From Podarcis cretensis (lineage: Eukaryota), in contig OX638160.1 in assembly GCA_951804945.1 (NCBI GenBank), positions 10,044,001-10,108,000 of the forward strand: a stretch of DNA of 64,000 bases. Direction: 5' to 3'. The position numbers and the translations under genes were made by a program. Of this stretch, positions 13,101 to 27,589 are shown in pieces. The stretch's first letter is position 1. Each line of letters starts with the position of its first letter. The notes beneath the pieces were generated by a model that saw only the letters and a list, made by a program, of their open reading frames with translations, was not told the DNA's origin and did no database searches.

Positions 13101-16100
13101 AGCCTAAAAGAAGTTTGAATTAATTTCTGGGTAGAAAGCACATATAAAAGCGATTAGAGGAAGGAGAGAAAGCTCTTATCGAGGCAGCTGTCATTCATAT
13201 CATCACGAAATGCTTTCTAGTCCTCTGGATCTCGCTCATAAAGATTTTGTTGCGCTACTGTAAAACTTGGGATTCCCCCCAAATACTGAAATAGTTATTC
13301 ATCAGCTTCTCCCGCCTAATATTTTTGCAGGCATTAGGACCAGAGATTGACTTTCTCAGGAAGTTGAATTCTGTTCCCCATTACTACATTCTGCACTCTC
13401 TGTATATTATGCCCAATCCTTCTCCATGCAGCTCCGGTACTAAAAGGCCAGTGCTTTGAGAGCCTTGCCTGCAGGCAGCACTAACACACCATTAATTGCA
13501 AATGGCTCCTAATAGAGGATTGCAGGTCCCTGGAGGAAGTGTGTGTCTCGCTTCCATCCTGTTTGGGACTCAGCAGGCAGAGAGCTGATCCAATCCCCTA
13601 GTCCACTCTCCTCTGAAGATAAGATACTTCTTCGCTGAGGGTTTTTGACTCCCATGTCGCTTGAGGTGTTAGTGTAGCCTTATGAGGCTTTGCCCTCAGG
13701 TGGGAAAAAGTATTGCACCCGGGAAAGGGAAAATGGGAGTCAAACAGACACTCAAGGAATAGTTTCAGAGAAAAAGCTTTATTTCTACTATCCATGAACT
13801 GATAGAAGGAGCAAGTGTGTGATAACTCACAAACAAGCATGAGTTCGCAGCCATTTGCACAGAGCATATATTCCCCTTCCAGTTCCCTCCCCTTTCTCCT
13901 CCTCTTCAAGAGTCCTGCCCCATGAGTTCCCCTGAGCATGAACAGAAAGCTCCTGTCTTGGGACTCTTTTGGACTTTTGAATGAGATAAAAGTCAGTTCT
14001 CAGGCTTGCTCTGACAGAGCCTATTCATTAGCTTTTTGGAGCTCTCTCGTACTGATAAAAGTAACATTTTGCCGATGCACAGCATCTTGTGAGAATCCAC
14101 AGAAAAGCTCTAGCTGTGGGTTTTTAGGAGAGAGAAAGGGAATTTTGGACAGTTTTGAGGCCTGGGGTGATTATTGGGGGGGGGTGACTTTGGGCCTAGG
14201 TGGGGTCACCTGTCCTCACCTCCTTCATTAGAACTACCGTATTTTTCGCCCCATAGGACGCACTTTTTCCCCCTCCAAAAATGAAGGGGAAACGTGTGTG
14301 CATCCTATGGGGCGAATGCAGGCTTTCGCTGAAGCCTGGAGAGCGAGAGGCATCGGTGCGCACCGACCCCTCTCGCTCTCCAGGCTCCAGGAAGCTATCC
14401 GCAAGCCTTGCAAGCCCGGCGGGAGTTCCCGCGGGCTCACAAGGCTTGCGGGCAGCAGCCTGCAGCCCCGGCGAGTGTCCGCAAGCCTTACGCGCCCGGC
14501 GGGAGGTCCTGCCGGGCGCGCAAGGCTTGGGGCGGCAGCCTGTTGCCCGAAGCACAGGGAGCCCTCCGGAGGGTGCCCCGTGATTTGGGCAGCTGTACGC
14601 AAGGCTTGGGGCGGCAGCTGCGGCTGGGGGGGGAATAATTTTTTTTAATTCATTTCCCCCCCCCAAAAAAATGCAAGCTCCGGGGACAGCTGGGAGGCGC
14701 AGCGCGTCTTCCCGCTGTCCCCGGACCTGGTCTGAAGGCAGGCGGCAGGGAGAAGAGCGCTTCTCCCCGCTGCCGGCCCCACAAGTGCCTGGGGGGGAAA
14801 TAAATTTTTTTCCCTTTATTTCCCCCCAAAAAAACTTGGTGCGTCCTATGGGCCGGTGCGTCCTATGGGGCGAAAAATACGGTAGTCGTTCTACCACATA
14901 TTTTGCAATGGTTGCCCCCAAAATGTGTGGTAAAATTACCCTCCTCACCATTGCCTTGCTGAGGTGATGCAAGTGATCACGCTACCCTGCAGTAGGGGAT
15001 TGGCGAATCTGTCAATTTTAGCTTCTCTCAAAATGCCAGGATATTGGGAACTTTCCCCAGAGCTGTGCTTTTGTGCTGAAAAACTGTTTCATGTTCAAAC
15101 TTCTGACTGTGGAACCATATTGTAGTTTAAGCCCAGAAGCTCTGCTGAGCATGAGCAATTTACAGGCCTCAGCAAAATCTGCTCATAGTCCCTCAGCCTG
15201 AGGTAAAGTTCTGAGCCTGACTAATACCTAGACGGAGCCATGATTGGCCAGGAAGTGCCCAGAAATCTTTGGAAAGAGATGTGAAAGTAGCAGCATTCCT
15301 TTATAAATCTGAGGTAAAAGGCCACCATCTGAGCCTAATACCTAAAATAGAAGACTGCCCAGGAAATGTCCCAAGCTCTTGGGAGGAACACTGGGGTAGA
15401 AAAGTAAAAAATACATCTGTAAAATAGTCACATGTCACTTGAATACACCGAGATAAAGGCCATGGATAGGCCTGAAGGAAAGCCAAAGTTCTGGTCTTGA
15501 CTAATACATACATGGAAGATTGCCTAGATGTCTTCTTTTGAAGGAAGGGGTGGCCATGGGGAGAGAGAAATATGAAACAAAAACAAAACCAGGCCCCAAA
15601 GTCTACCTCCTGCTATAGGCCTCAGCCTGAAGTAAGAGCCCCTCAAAAAAAAAAAAAAAAAAAAGGCTCATGTAATGATTACAGTGGTACCTTGGTTTGC
15701 ATACGTCTTGGTTTGCATACGCTTTGGATTACAAAAACATCAAACCCGGAAGTGTGGATCCTGGTTTGCAACCTTTTTGTTTTGGATTACAACCCATTTG
15801 TTTGGATTATGAACAATTTTGGGGGGGAGGCCCCACTGGCGAAAGCGCGCCTTGGGTTACAACCTGTTTTGGTTTACAAACAAACCTCCGGAACGGATTA
15901 TGGTTGTAAACCAAGGTAACCGCAGTATTTATAATAATTTATTATTTATACCCCGCCCATCTGGCTGGGCTTCCCAGTTTGTATTTACAAACAATTAGCA
16001 GAAATGAAACTAGCCCTGGCTAGGCCGAGTCAGATCTTTCCTACCACCCTTCTCACTATATTTGCACCTCCAAACTGATTGTTGCTAATTAATATTAATT

Positions 16101-16758
16101 TTAAATTAAAATTTATTTTAATTTTAAATATTAATTTTAAATTAATATTAATTAATATAATATAATATATATACTGTTGTATATACAAGAAAGGTCCTTC
16201 CGGATCTTACTTGCATATATAATGCTTTGCACGGTAGAGACACTAAGGCCGTAGACAAGCTCCCGGCTTTTAAGCATTGCAGGGGGTTGGACTAGATGAC
16301 CCTGAGAGCCCTTTCCAACACTACAGTTCCATGATTCTAAGGGCTGTCCCTCTGCTTCTGCCAGGCCATTGGTTTTCTGGACAGTGAGAAAGAACTTAAT
16401 GCCCCCCCACCCCACTTGCTGATACCATGACTGCATCGGACTCCATGGGGGGCGTCCCTGTGCCAGCTCTTTAGAGGGTATTTTAGCCCTGGGCAGCGCC
16501 ACTTCTGAATGGCAGCAAATTGTACCTGCAGTGGCCATTTGATTGACTGCGATGTTCATTTACCCAGAATGTAAGGCCTCCCCAAGTTATACACCTATAG
16601 GCCAGTTTGGGGGTAAATGGAAGATGCCAAGCAGCCACTGTAAACTGGAAGCCAGGCTCTGCTTCCATTCAAGAGCAGCATAGCTGTCCATTGCCACTAA
16701 AAGGCCTTTCATGGGCACAGCGAGGAGTATGTTGACTAGAGCTACAGTTGGGTCAGGC

Positions 16759-16798
<40 letters not shown>

Positions 16799-19700
16799 TT
16801 ATTTATACCCTGCCCATCTGGCTGGGCTTCCCCAGCCACTCTGGGCGGCTTCCAACAAAATATTAAAATACAGTAATGCATCAAACATTAAAAGCTTACC
16901 TAAACAGGGCTGCCTTCAGATGTATTCTAAAAGTCTGGTAGTTGTTGTTCTCTTTGACATCTGGTGGGAGGGTGTTCCACAGGGCGGGTGCCACCACCGA
17001 GAAGGCTGGTTAGGGGACCAGTGTTGCTGCTGTAACCCCTCCCCAAAGTTTGTATTTTTTAAAAAACTTATTTCACATTTTTATTTTACAGACTTTTGGG
17101 AGAGTTTATTGATATGGGTGGTGTTTCCGTCCTTCGGATGTTCCGGGTGCTGAGAGCTTTAAAAACCGTTTCCATTATCCCAGGTATGAAAAATCTCTGA
17201 ATTGTTTCTGACAGCAATCAGGTTGCATTTGCCCTTGCAAAGTTCAAATCTATGTGTCAATGGCACATCAGATGCATATATTTCAATGGTATTCATTTAT
17301 CAGAGACAATCGTGTTGCAGCTGTTCCTTTGGGGGGCACATATAGGAAGGCTTGCTAGCTTTTTGCCTGGATGAGTTGCTATAGCTGCCATTTTCCAGGT
17401 TTGAGCCCCATGCCCAGTTCTCTAGAAGTGAATCTCTAGGTTAGGAATGATGCATCTTAAGGCTCGTGCATATGCATCAATGCACCTAAATGCATTTTTG
17501 TTATTGTAATGCATTTCAAACTGCTTTTATTGTTGTGTTTTAAATGGTTGTAACCTGCCCTGGGACCTAAGGGTGAAGGACAACTAAATATTATATTATA
17601 TTATAATAATATAATAATATTATTGTAATGCAGCCTGTGACCTCTTGGTGATGGGCAGGTAAGAAATGTTGGGCATGCACAGTCATTTCACATGCTTCAC
17701 CTGCCGATGTTTATTTCGAACTATTCATATATTAAAATAATAGTGTTACCCTAGAATATCAATAATGAAAAGAAAAAAAACACTCTCTTTACTTTTAAAT
17801 TAGTGTAGCAAGAGAGGCAATCTGAATGTTTAATACAGGAAGCATTGTGTAATAGTGGGGGACGAAACTGGACTTGACATGATTCTTTGTATAATAGACA
17901 TATATTATGTTCACAAGTGTACCTATTTTTATCTGTGAAATACTAGAATACCGTACATAAATATACATGTACAGTGGTACCTCGGGTTAAGTACTTAATT
18001 CGTTCCGGAGGTCCGTCCTTAACCTGAAACTGTTCTTAACCTGAAGCATCTCTTTAGCTAATGGGGCCTCCTGCTGCTGCCGTGCCGCCACTGCATGATT
18101 TCTGTTCTCATCCTGAAGCAAAGTTCTTAACCTGAGGCACTATTTCTGGGTTAGCGGAGTCTGTAACCTAAAGCATCTGTAACCTGAAGCTCATGTAACC
18201 CGAGGTACCACTGTATTCTGTACTGTGTTGCAAGTTGCTGGTAAACTGAGGTGCTTCCAAACAGGGGCTTAATCGGCAAATGGGGTACTGGCAACTGTTT
18301 GTTGTTGGGTTGCTGTTTTTCGCTTACTGGATTTTTCTTAGAAAGGGAAAATCTGAAATAAATGGGAGAATTATGGGTTAGCCAATGACATTATGCAGAC
18401 ATTGGGGAAAAAAACACCCCTGTGTGTATGAGGAGAATGCTGGGGGACAGAGAAGAACCTGAAACTTTCATGAGGGCAAAACAAAAAAACCTATCATATT
18501 TTTTTTTCACCTCAATATGGTGAGGGAGCTGATTTTGAAAACACCCCAAAAATGTTGTTCTGAAAACTTCCAAATGCAATTTATCAAGAATGTATAACTT
18601 GCTGTTGAAGTGGAATACAATAGATGAGACAGTGAAGCCAGCTATGGTTAAATGGGCACAGGACATAGGTCATGTCATTATGTTTGCTGACTGGGAGCAG
18701 TTATGGACCACAGGTATTAAATTCACGGCATGTAATGCCTTACGAGAAAACATTATGAAAATGATTTACAGGTGGTACATGACCCCAGTCAAGCTTGCGA
18801 AGATTTATCATTTGCCCAATAACAAATGTTGGAAATGTAAAGAGACTGAAGGTACCTTCTTCCACCTTTGGTGGACCTGCCCGAAGATTAAGGCCTTCTG
18901 GGAAATGATTTATAATGAGATTAAGAAAGTGCTTAAGTGCACATTTCACAAGAAACCAGAGGCATTTCTCTTGGGTATGGTCGGCCAGCTGGTGTCGAAG
19001 AAGGATAAGAATTTCTTTTTGTACGCTACTACGGCAGCAAGGATTCTCCTAGCAAAGTATTGGAAGACACAAGAGCTACCCACGCTGGAGGAATGGCAGG
19101 CGAAAGTGATCGACTTTATGGGACTGGCAGAAATGATCGGCAGAATCCGCGACCAAGAGAAAGAGACTGTGGAAGAAGATTGGAAGAAGTTTAAGATGTA
19201 TCTTAAGAGTTACTATAAAATTGAGGAGTGCTAAAATGCTGAGGGAGAGGAAGACGTAGAATTGCAGCGGTAAATTGTGTTTAATTTAGGGTGAAATTGA
19301 AAAGGAGAATGAATTTATATTTAATTGACTAAGAAGGGTTGCTGAATAATTGTTTAAAATAAAGGATGCAAAAAGGGGAAGGTATGGGGAAGTCCGGGAA
19401 AAGAGGTTTATGGAAATAAGGTAAAGAAAATATGATCTTTTGTGTTTGTTTTTATGTTGTTTTTGTGCTTGTTAAAAATTTGGAAATTAATAAAAAAAAT
19501 TATTAAATAAAAAAAGAAAACTTCCAAATGCAGATGTCCCGTAGGTTATCTTCCCTAAGCGGATGAAATACTTTCATTACTTGAAGGTGTTTTTTTTTTA
19601 ATGTTAGCTTGCTGTACCACCTGTAGAGAAAATCAATTGCTTCATGTCCTGTTGCAAACAGTTATGGTTAGTGATTGTTCATTTGATATTATTTTTATAC

Positions 19701-22700
19701 AAAGCAAAACATGTTGGCTGGCTGCCCATTTACAAATCATACAAACTGTGCTGAAAATTCAAACCCACTGATTACAGATCCGAATGCTGTATAGGTTTGC
19801 TACCAACAATGAACAGATTTTCTCTGTTCCATCCATCTGTTGTTTTTATTTATTAAATGGAGCACATAAAACAATTTACTAAGTGCTGTACACAGAATAT
19901 TTAGGAAAGCATGGGTTTATTTGCACTACATTCCACTATGTTTCACTTTGAGTTTACCTCAGATAAGTTCTAAAATTAGTATCAGAACTGGTGTATGCTT
20001 GTATCATGCATTGGTGTTTGACACAGTTTTCACTTAACAATGAATGTTAAGTGAACTCTAGGTCCATTTGGACACTCCAAATTGTTCTGCAGGTACTTTG
20101 ATTTTGGAATTCATATGTCATTCATTCCCCCCCTCTACAGGTCTGAAAGTCATTGTAGGTGCCTTAATCCAGTCTGTTAAGAAACTCGCAGATGTTATGA
20201 TCCTGACTGTTTTCTGCCTGAGTGTGTTTGCCCTCATTGGTCTTCAACTCTTTAAAGGACATTTGAGACACAAATGTGTCAAGAACTACACGGAATATAT
20301 CAGCCAGAGCATATCCAATGAAACATCCTTTTCATCTAAACAGAACTTGACTACGTATGAGAATTTTACTAATAGCCCAGGTAAATGCTGTCCTCAGATC
20401 TTTGCAAAACAATGGATTTATTCCATCTTCTGTCTCCAGGTTTGAAATGGGCCCTAGCAAACAAAACACACGAGTCTGCCACTTCAGACTGTTACTCCTA
20501 AGAATAGTGAGAATTATAAGTATCAGATAAGTGCTTTGGTAGATTTGCCATGTGGGTAGCATTGGGATAAATCCTTTTTGGATTATTGCAATCTTACTTT
20601 CAAACTCCCAAGTGTTCTTCCATGAGTGGTGCGATTGTAACTGAACCCCATGCCTGAACTTGCACAGGATGGGAGTCCAAGGAATTGAGGTGGTAACTGA
20701 TCGAGTGCTAAATCATACTGACAAATTAAAAATGAACAAATCACCAAGTCCTGGTTGCATCCACCGAAGAGTTCTTTAACAATTCCTATGTAAAAAAGCT
20801 ATTGTCTAACAAAAATAAGAACATAAGAAGGAGGCCCCTGCTCAATGGAGAATGTTGGGCTTTCAAATTTCAGTGGCGATGCTGAAATTCAGCAGCCCCC
20901 GCCTCTTGCCTTCCGTTCTAAATCATTATTGCAGCACCCTCTCAGCTCAGTAGCCAGTGTGGGTGAAGCTGTCATGCTCCCCTAAATTTGCCTCTGCCAT
21001 GCTGGATCGGGCAAAAGGGCCATCAAGTCCAACACTCCGTTCTCACAGTGGCTCAGTGTAACTCTGATACCCAGCAACTAGTATTTACAGGCACAGTGTG
21101 CCTCCAACAGTGGAGGAGGTAGAACATGACCTCATGGCGAGTAGCCATCAAAAGCCTTAACCTCCATGATTTGATCTGATTCTCTGTTAAAGTCATCCAA
21201 GTTGGTGGTCATCACTACATCTAGTGGGTGGGAATACCATAAGTTAACTATGTGTGAAGAAGTATTTGTTTTGCCCTGCCTAATATAATGTTCAGCTTCA
21301 CTGGACAGGATGCTAGTCATCCAAATGTGCAGCAGTTGTGTAAAAGGCAAAATCCAGTATCATAATGCCATTATTCAAATCTGTGGCGTGACCACACTGG
21401 TAACCATATTGTGCACAAATGATGCCGTCCCCTTTCTTGCCCCCACTGAAGCCTTGCTTACTGGGGTTGCATGGCTGCAGCTTCCAAGTTCAAACAATAC
21501 TGCATGGAGGCAGTGTTGTTGTTGCCAATTTTCCTTAAAATTAGCTCCAAAATGTCCCTGTGATTTTGCCGAAGCTCAACAACTTAACAACTTTGGTGAA
21601 GAAAGTTCAACAACTTTTGTGTCCAGATTTTCACTTTTTGAAATATGGCAACCCTAATTTAGTTTAGTGCATGAGCAACAGGAAATCTTGGGCTCATGCA
21701 CTCTTCCTTCCCCTCCCCTCCTTTAGCACAGATGTGATTAGAAGCACCCACTTCTGGTTTTAAACCGTTTCACATTATATCAGAACTGGAGGAACAGTGA
21801 TTAGTTTATTTTTTATTTTTATTTTTTCAAATAATATTTATTCAAGTTTTAAAAGATTACAAAAAGGAACACAGTATATAAAAGCAAAACATATCCAAGA
21901 GAAAAATAAAAATAAAAAAAATAAAAAAGCAAAAACAGCTAAAAAGAAAAAAAGATACAATCAAAAAAGACAAAAGAACAAGTTAAACCTTGATATAACT
22001 CCCTTTCTTAACTTATCTCCTTGACCTCCTCACACCTCCCCTCTTTGTATTCTAATTCAAATAGATATTTCAGCAAATCCTTCATCTTTTTTTTTATCCT
22101 TATAACTTATCTTAATATACTGTAATTTTCCATTCTCTCATTCGCCAAATAGCCATCCACTTTTACTTTATTTAATCTTATTTCTCCTTAGAACTTATAT
22201 ATCTGAACTTATTCTCTTAAGACGTTTTCCCTAGGGTCACAAAAATTCCATTCCACGATTTTCCCATCTCTCATTAAAAGAAAAAAAAAAATTATATCAC
22301 AATATATACACTTTAAATTCCCAATTTTTCTTTCACCATCTCCCCTCCCCGGTCTCGGCTCCTGCCAACAGTTCTCCAAAAGTCCATCAACCCGGAGATC
22401 TTAAGTCCGAGGCTCTTAACTCTCTTTCATGTCCCCTCTGCCGATCTTTTTGATAGTCTTTGGTGTTAAAGAACAGATCCCGGGGGAGCTCCAGACTTGC
22501 TAAGAAGGAACAGTGATTAGTTTAAACCATGGTTTGTTGATGAGCCAGGTCGATAACCATGGGTTTTGACAAAACGACTGGCTGTTTTAGAACCTCTACT
22601 TATCTGGAACCATATTTATCCTTGACTCTTTTGTTGCAGTGAATTACATACATAAGAATGACACTGAAGATTATTTATTGTGCAGCAATGCTTCAGATGG

Positions 22701-25700
22701 TGGGTAAGTTTACATAATACCTGTTATGAGTGTGTTTAATATCTGTTATTCACTCCGAATATTTATTTACTTTCTGCTTACTTACCTCCCCTCCTCCCAA
22801 AACTGTGGCCCACATTCTCAAATTCAATTTTTGTGTGTTCAAAGTCAAATGTGACCTTCTCATTATTTTTGCATGTGAAACATTGTGAATGTGCCCCTGT
22901 GTGGTAAGATCTGAGATCTACCATTTTCAGTTTGAAGCTGCAGTTCTGTTGCAAGGGTGGGGAACGATTTCCAGCCGAGGGCCACAAATTCCACTCTGGC
23001 CAACCTACTGGGAGCCATAGCTCTGCTGAATGTAGGAGCCATGTTTTTGAAAGAAAAAAAATTCACATATTTTCAAGTCTCTCCATATACAATGGTACCT
23101 CGGGTTAAGTACTTAATTCGTTCCGGAGGTCAGTTCTTAACCTGAAGCACCACTTTAGCTAATGGGGCCTCCTGCTGCCACTGTGCCAGTACTGCACAAT
23201 TTCTGTTCTCATCCTGAAGCAAAGTTCTTAACCCGAGGTACTATTTCTGGGTTCGCGGAGTCTGTAACCTGAAGCGTATGTAACCTGAAGCTTATGTAAC
23301 CCGAGGTACCACTGTATTGGCAGAACTTTCTCTTCATAATTAAATGCTGGAGAATTTTATCACTGAAACAAAGTTGTTATTTGCAGTTCCTGCCCGCCGA
23401 AATACGTATGTCTGAAGGTTGGAGAAAATCCTGACTTTGGGTACACAAGCTTTGATACGTTTGGCTGGGCCTTCCTTTCCCTGTTCCGCCTCATGACGCA
23501 GGATTACTGGGAACGCCTCTATCAACAGGTATATGCTTCAATTCTTTTGAAACAAATTGCATGGGGAAATTGCCATAGAAATTTGAAGCGGCTTGCTCTG
23601 CCTACCTTTTACAGCTCCCTTCTTAGCTATATAAGTAGTAGAATGATATGCTACAGTCTACCAAGTGGAATCCTGGGGTGATAATATGAGATGAAAATGT
23701 TGTCACAGGGTCCTGAGCTGGTAGAATGAACTGTGCCACCTCAGAGCACAGAAGGGGGATCACAGTTATGAATGTTCCTTCATGTAAAAACATGTAAAAA
23801 TATTGTTAGCCATCTAAGGGTTCTCTTGGGCCCAAAAGGCAGGAGACTGACAGGAGATATGATAGCCACCTTCAAATATCTCAAAGGCTGCCACTGAAGA
23901 TGGAGCAAGCTTGTTTTGTCTTGTTCTGGAGGGTAGGACCCAAACCAGGGGATTAAATTTACAAGAAAGGAGATTCTGAATGAACATCAGGAAGAACTTT
24001 CCGACAGTAAGAGCTGTTGAACAGTGGAACAGACCACTTTGGGAGGTGGTGGACTCTCCTTCCTTGGCGGTTTTTAAGCAAAGCTTGGATCATCCATAAC
24101 ATAGAATTTCATGTGTCATTTTTAGATTTAATGTTGTTTCTTTCATCATCTTTATTTTGGTTAATGAATTACTGTATTATTATTTTTTTAGTGTGGTTCA
24201 TTGTTTTCTATATGGTTCCAAAGGCCTTTTCCCCTTTAACATATGGGAAACTGGTGATGAAAACCTTAACATTTTGTAAACATCACAACCAAAAGAATGA
24301 TTGCTATATTCTTTCTGACTACAGACTCTCAGAGCATCTGGGAAGATCTATATGCTGTTTTTCATGCTGGTCATATTTCTGGGATCATTCTACCTGGTCA
24401 ACTTAATCTTGGCTGTGGTCACGATGGCCTACGAAGAACAGAGCACAGCCACTATTGCTGAAACAGAAGCAAAAGAAAGGAAATTTCGTGAAGCCATGGA
24501 GATGCTGAAGAAAGAGCAAGAGGTTCATATATTGCCCCATTGCTAATCAACAACTACCTCCATTTCCCCAGAAACATAATTTATAGCAGTAGTTATATAT
24601 AGTATGTATACAATAAAACATAAAACACCATTAAAAACAATACAAAACGATAATTAAAATGGCCGACTAATGAAATATTTTTTTAACAGCTGCATAGGTC
24701 TGCTGGCATAAAAAAAGGTCTTTAGAATGGGGGAAGCAGAAATTGAACATGGGATGGATCTAACATGGTCAAAGCAAGATTAAGCACCAGCTTCCATGTT
24801 TCATGTGTCCAAAAACTAGGAACTCAGACTTGAAACATAGCTAACACCACCTGCTGGGCAAGAAAAATCTGTCAAGACAAAAATCCTTTTAGAAAAACAC
24901 CGTGATTAACTTTAAAATCATGAAGGTTGTGAGTAATTTGGATATCCAATGCAAACTGTTATCTGTGAATGGGAAGTTGACATACCAAAAAGTATTTATT
25001 ATTATTATTATTATTATTATCTCATATGAAGACATAATGGTACAATGCCCACTTCTCTTTTTCTTCATTCTAGGAATTAGCTGCGAAAGAAAATGACAGC
25101 ATGTCTCATAGCTCATTTGAAGTGTCACCTATAGGTTCTAAAGAGGTCAAAGAACGAAGCAACAGAATGAAAAAGTTGTCTTTGGGGATGGAAGATTATG
25201 GGGAAGATCCCAAAACCCCAAAATCACAGTCTAGTGACAGCTATCGGAAACCGGTAGTTATTTCATAAGGCTTTTGTTGTTGTTTAGTCATTTAGTCGTG
25301 TCTGACTCTTTGTGACCCCATGGACCAGAGCACGCCAGGCACTCCTGTCTTCCATTGCCTCCCACAGTTTGGTCAAACTCATTTTAGTAGCTTCAAGAAC
25401 ACTGTCCAACCATCTCATCCTCTGTCATCCCCTTCTCCTTGTGCCCTCAATCTTTCCCAGCATCAGGGTCTTTTCCAGGGAGTCTTCTCTTCCCATGAGG
25501 TGGCCAAAGTACTGGAGCCTCAGCTTCAGGATCTGTCCTTCCAGTGAGCACTCAGGGATGATTTCCTTAAGAATGGATAGGTTCGATCTTCTTTGCAGTC
25601 CATGGGACTCTCAAGAGTCTCCTCCAGCACCATAATTCAAAAGCATCAATTCTTTGGCAATCAGCCTTCTTTACTGTACAGCTCTCACTTCCATACATCA

Positions 25701-27551
25701 CTACTGGGGAAACCATAGCTTTAACCAACCATTATTTCTTTTCACTTTTAATTGCACTCTAACTTGTCTTCATAGATGGAGGAGCTTAAATGAAGGGAGA
25801 AAAAAGGTTTTAACTGAAACACTTAATTTTTAATCAGCATTTGCCAACCCCAAATCTACATGAATGTTTTTAGAAAATTTACATTTTAGAAAGTATATAT
25901 ATTCTACAACAGTAGGAAACCAATCTATGCATAAAGGTTTATATGTGATGTATTTGTTTTCTTCTACTCTTAGCAGTTCTCAGAATAGGCCACTAGTAGG
26001 CCACAACAATAAAAAATAGCAAACCCTGTCCATAAATCAACTAACAGCCATAGAATAAATCAGTTGCATTGTCATCTGTCTGAATAAAGGTGTTACAAAA
26101 TGGTAATCCTTCCTGGTGGCCTTACATGGTGGTAAGTATAAGAATTAACAGAGGCTTATAAATAGCAAGTTCCTTGGTTCCTGTGACTGGTAAGGAAGCC
26201 ATAAGTGATTAACAGACTTATGTACCGTTACTAGTGGAAAATTTTGTGGAGTAGTTAACTGGGAGACAGGAGTGTATGTGCAAGACTGAGTTAATGAGAA
26301 GCAGGCTATCACTCCTAACAAGCTGCCACTTCTGAACGCAGAGTGCTCTTTATTAACAGGAAGGCACAAGGCCAATCATAAAGTTTTCTGCTGCACTTGG
26401 TAGGATTTCTGTAAGTGACTCTTACACCCAACATTAAATGTATTTAGTACAGAGCATGTCAAAGTCTGCATCACTCTTGCTATTTTTTCCTTCTTTTGAT
26501 CCCTGCAGTCTCTCATTAGCCACAATTATGGTCCTAGTTCAAACCCAACCAAACGCCGACCAAGTCATGGAAGTGTATTCAATTTCCATGTACCCGGCCG
26601 AGATGCTGGTTCAAGGGCTGAGTTTGCGGAGGATGAATCTAGCAGCATTGGGGAGACGGAGATCCAGCACAGCACACTGCTGGCTGCACGAATGGGAAGG
26701 CGTCCAAGCATCCAAAGTCAAACCAGCTACAGTCCTCACCTGACAGCTCCAAACTACGTGCAGCCCGGCAGATGGGCCACTGGAGACGATTGCAATGGGA
26801 TGGTTTCATTGATGGGGGGCAGTGGAACAAGGCCGTTTAACATGGATCCCATTTCCAATGAAGGGTCATTGCTTCCTCCAGTTATGGAAAATCCTGGGAA
26901 AGGAGATCTGGTGAGTTGAGAATGTAATCAGACAGATGCAATTTTCTAATTGGTGGCTTCCCTCCAGTTGTCTAGGATGCAGTAATCAATTTTTGCTATG
27001 TGTTTTTTGTACCTAGAGGAAAAATGAATCCACCCCTAAAAAATATCCTCAAATTACTTCCCTACAGATGATGATGATTTAAATTTCTTCCCCAGCCTTC
27101 ATCATTAGTCCCAGGGCAATTTGCAACTCTCTCTATATATATATGTTGTTGTTGTTGTTTAGTCGTTTACTCATGTCCAACTCTTCGTGACCCCATGGAC
27201 CAGAGCACGCCAGGCACTTCTGTCTTCCACTGTCTCCCGCAGTTTGGTCAGACTCATGTTTGTAGCTTTGAGAACACTGTCCAACCATCTCGTCCTCTGT
27301 CGTCCCCTTCTCCTTGTGCCCTCCATCTTTCCCAACATCAGGGTCTTTTCCAGGGAGTCTTCTCTTCTCATGAAGTGGCCAAAGTACTGGAGCCTCAGCT
27401 TCATGATCTGTCCTTCCAGTGAGCACTCAGGGCTAATTTCCTTAAGAATGGATAGGTTTGATCTTCTTGCAGTCCATGGGACTCTCAAGAGTCTCCTCCA
27501 GCACCATAATTCAAAAGCATCAATTCTTCGGCGATCAGCCTTCTTTATGGT

Positions 27552-27589
<38 letters not shown>

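Noticed and set aside
14196-14972. Long overlapping ORFs (up to 258 aa)
   Set aside because: They fall within a GC-rich TIR element; no recognisable domain and stop-poor by composition
16085-16175. AT-only palindromic stretch
   Set aside because: Low-complexity sequence; self-complementarity is expected by chance
18590-19234. 214-aa ORF as a nested host gene
   Set aside because: It is the L1 ORF2 C-terminus inside a TSD-flanked truncated insertion
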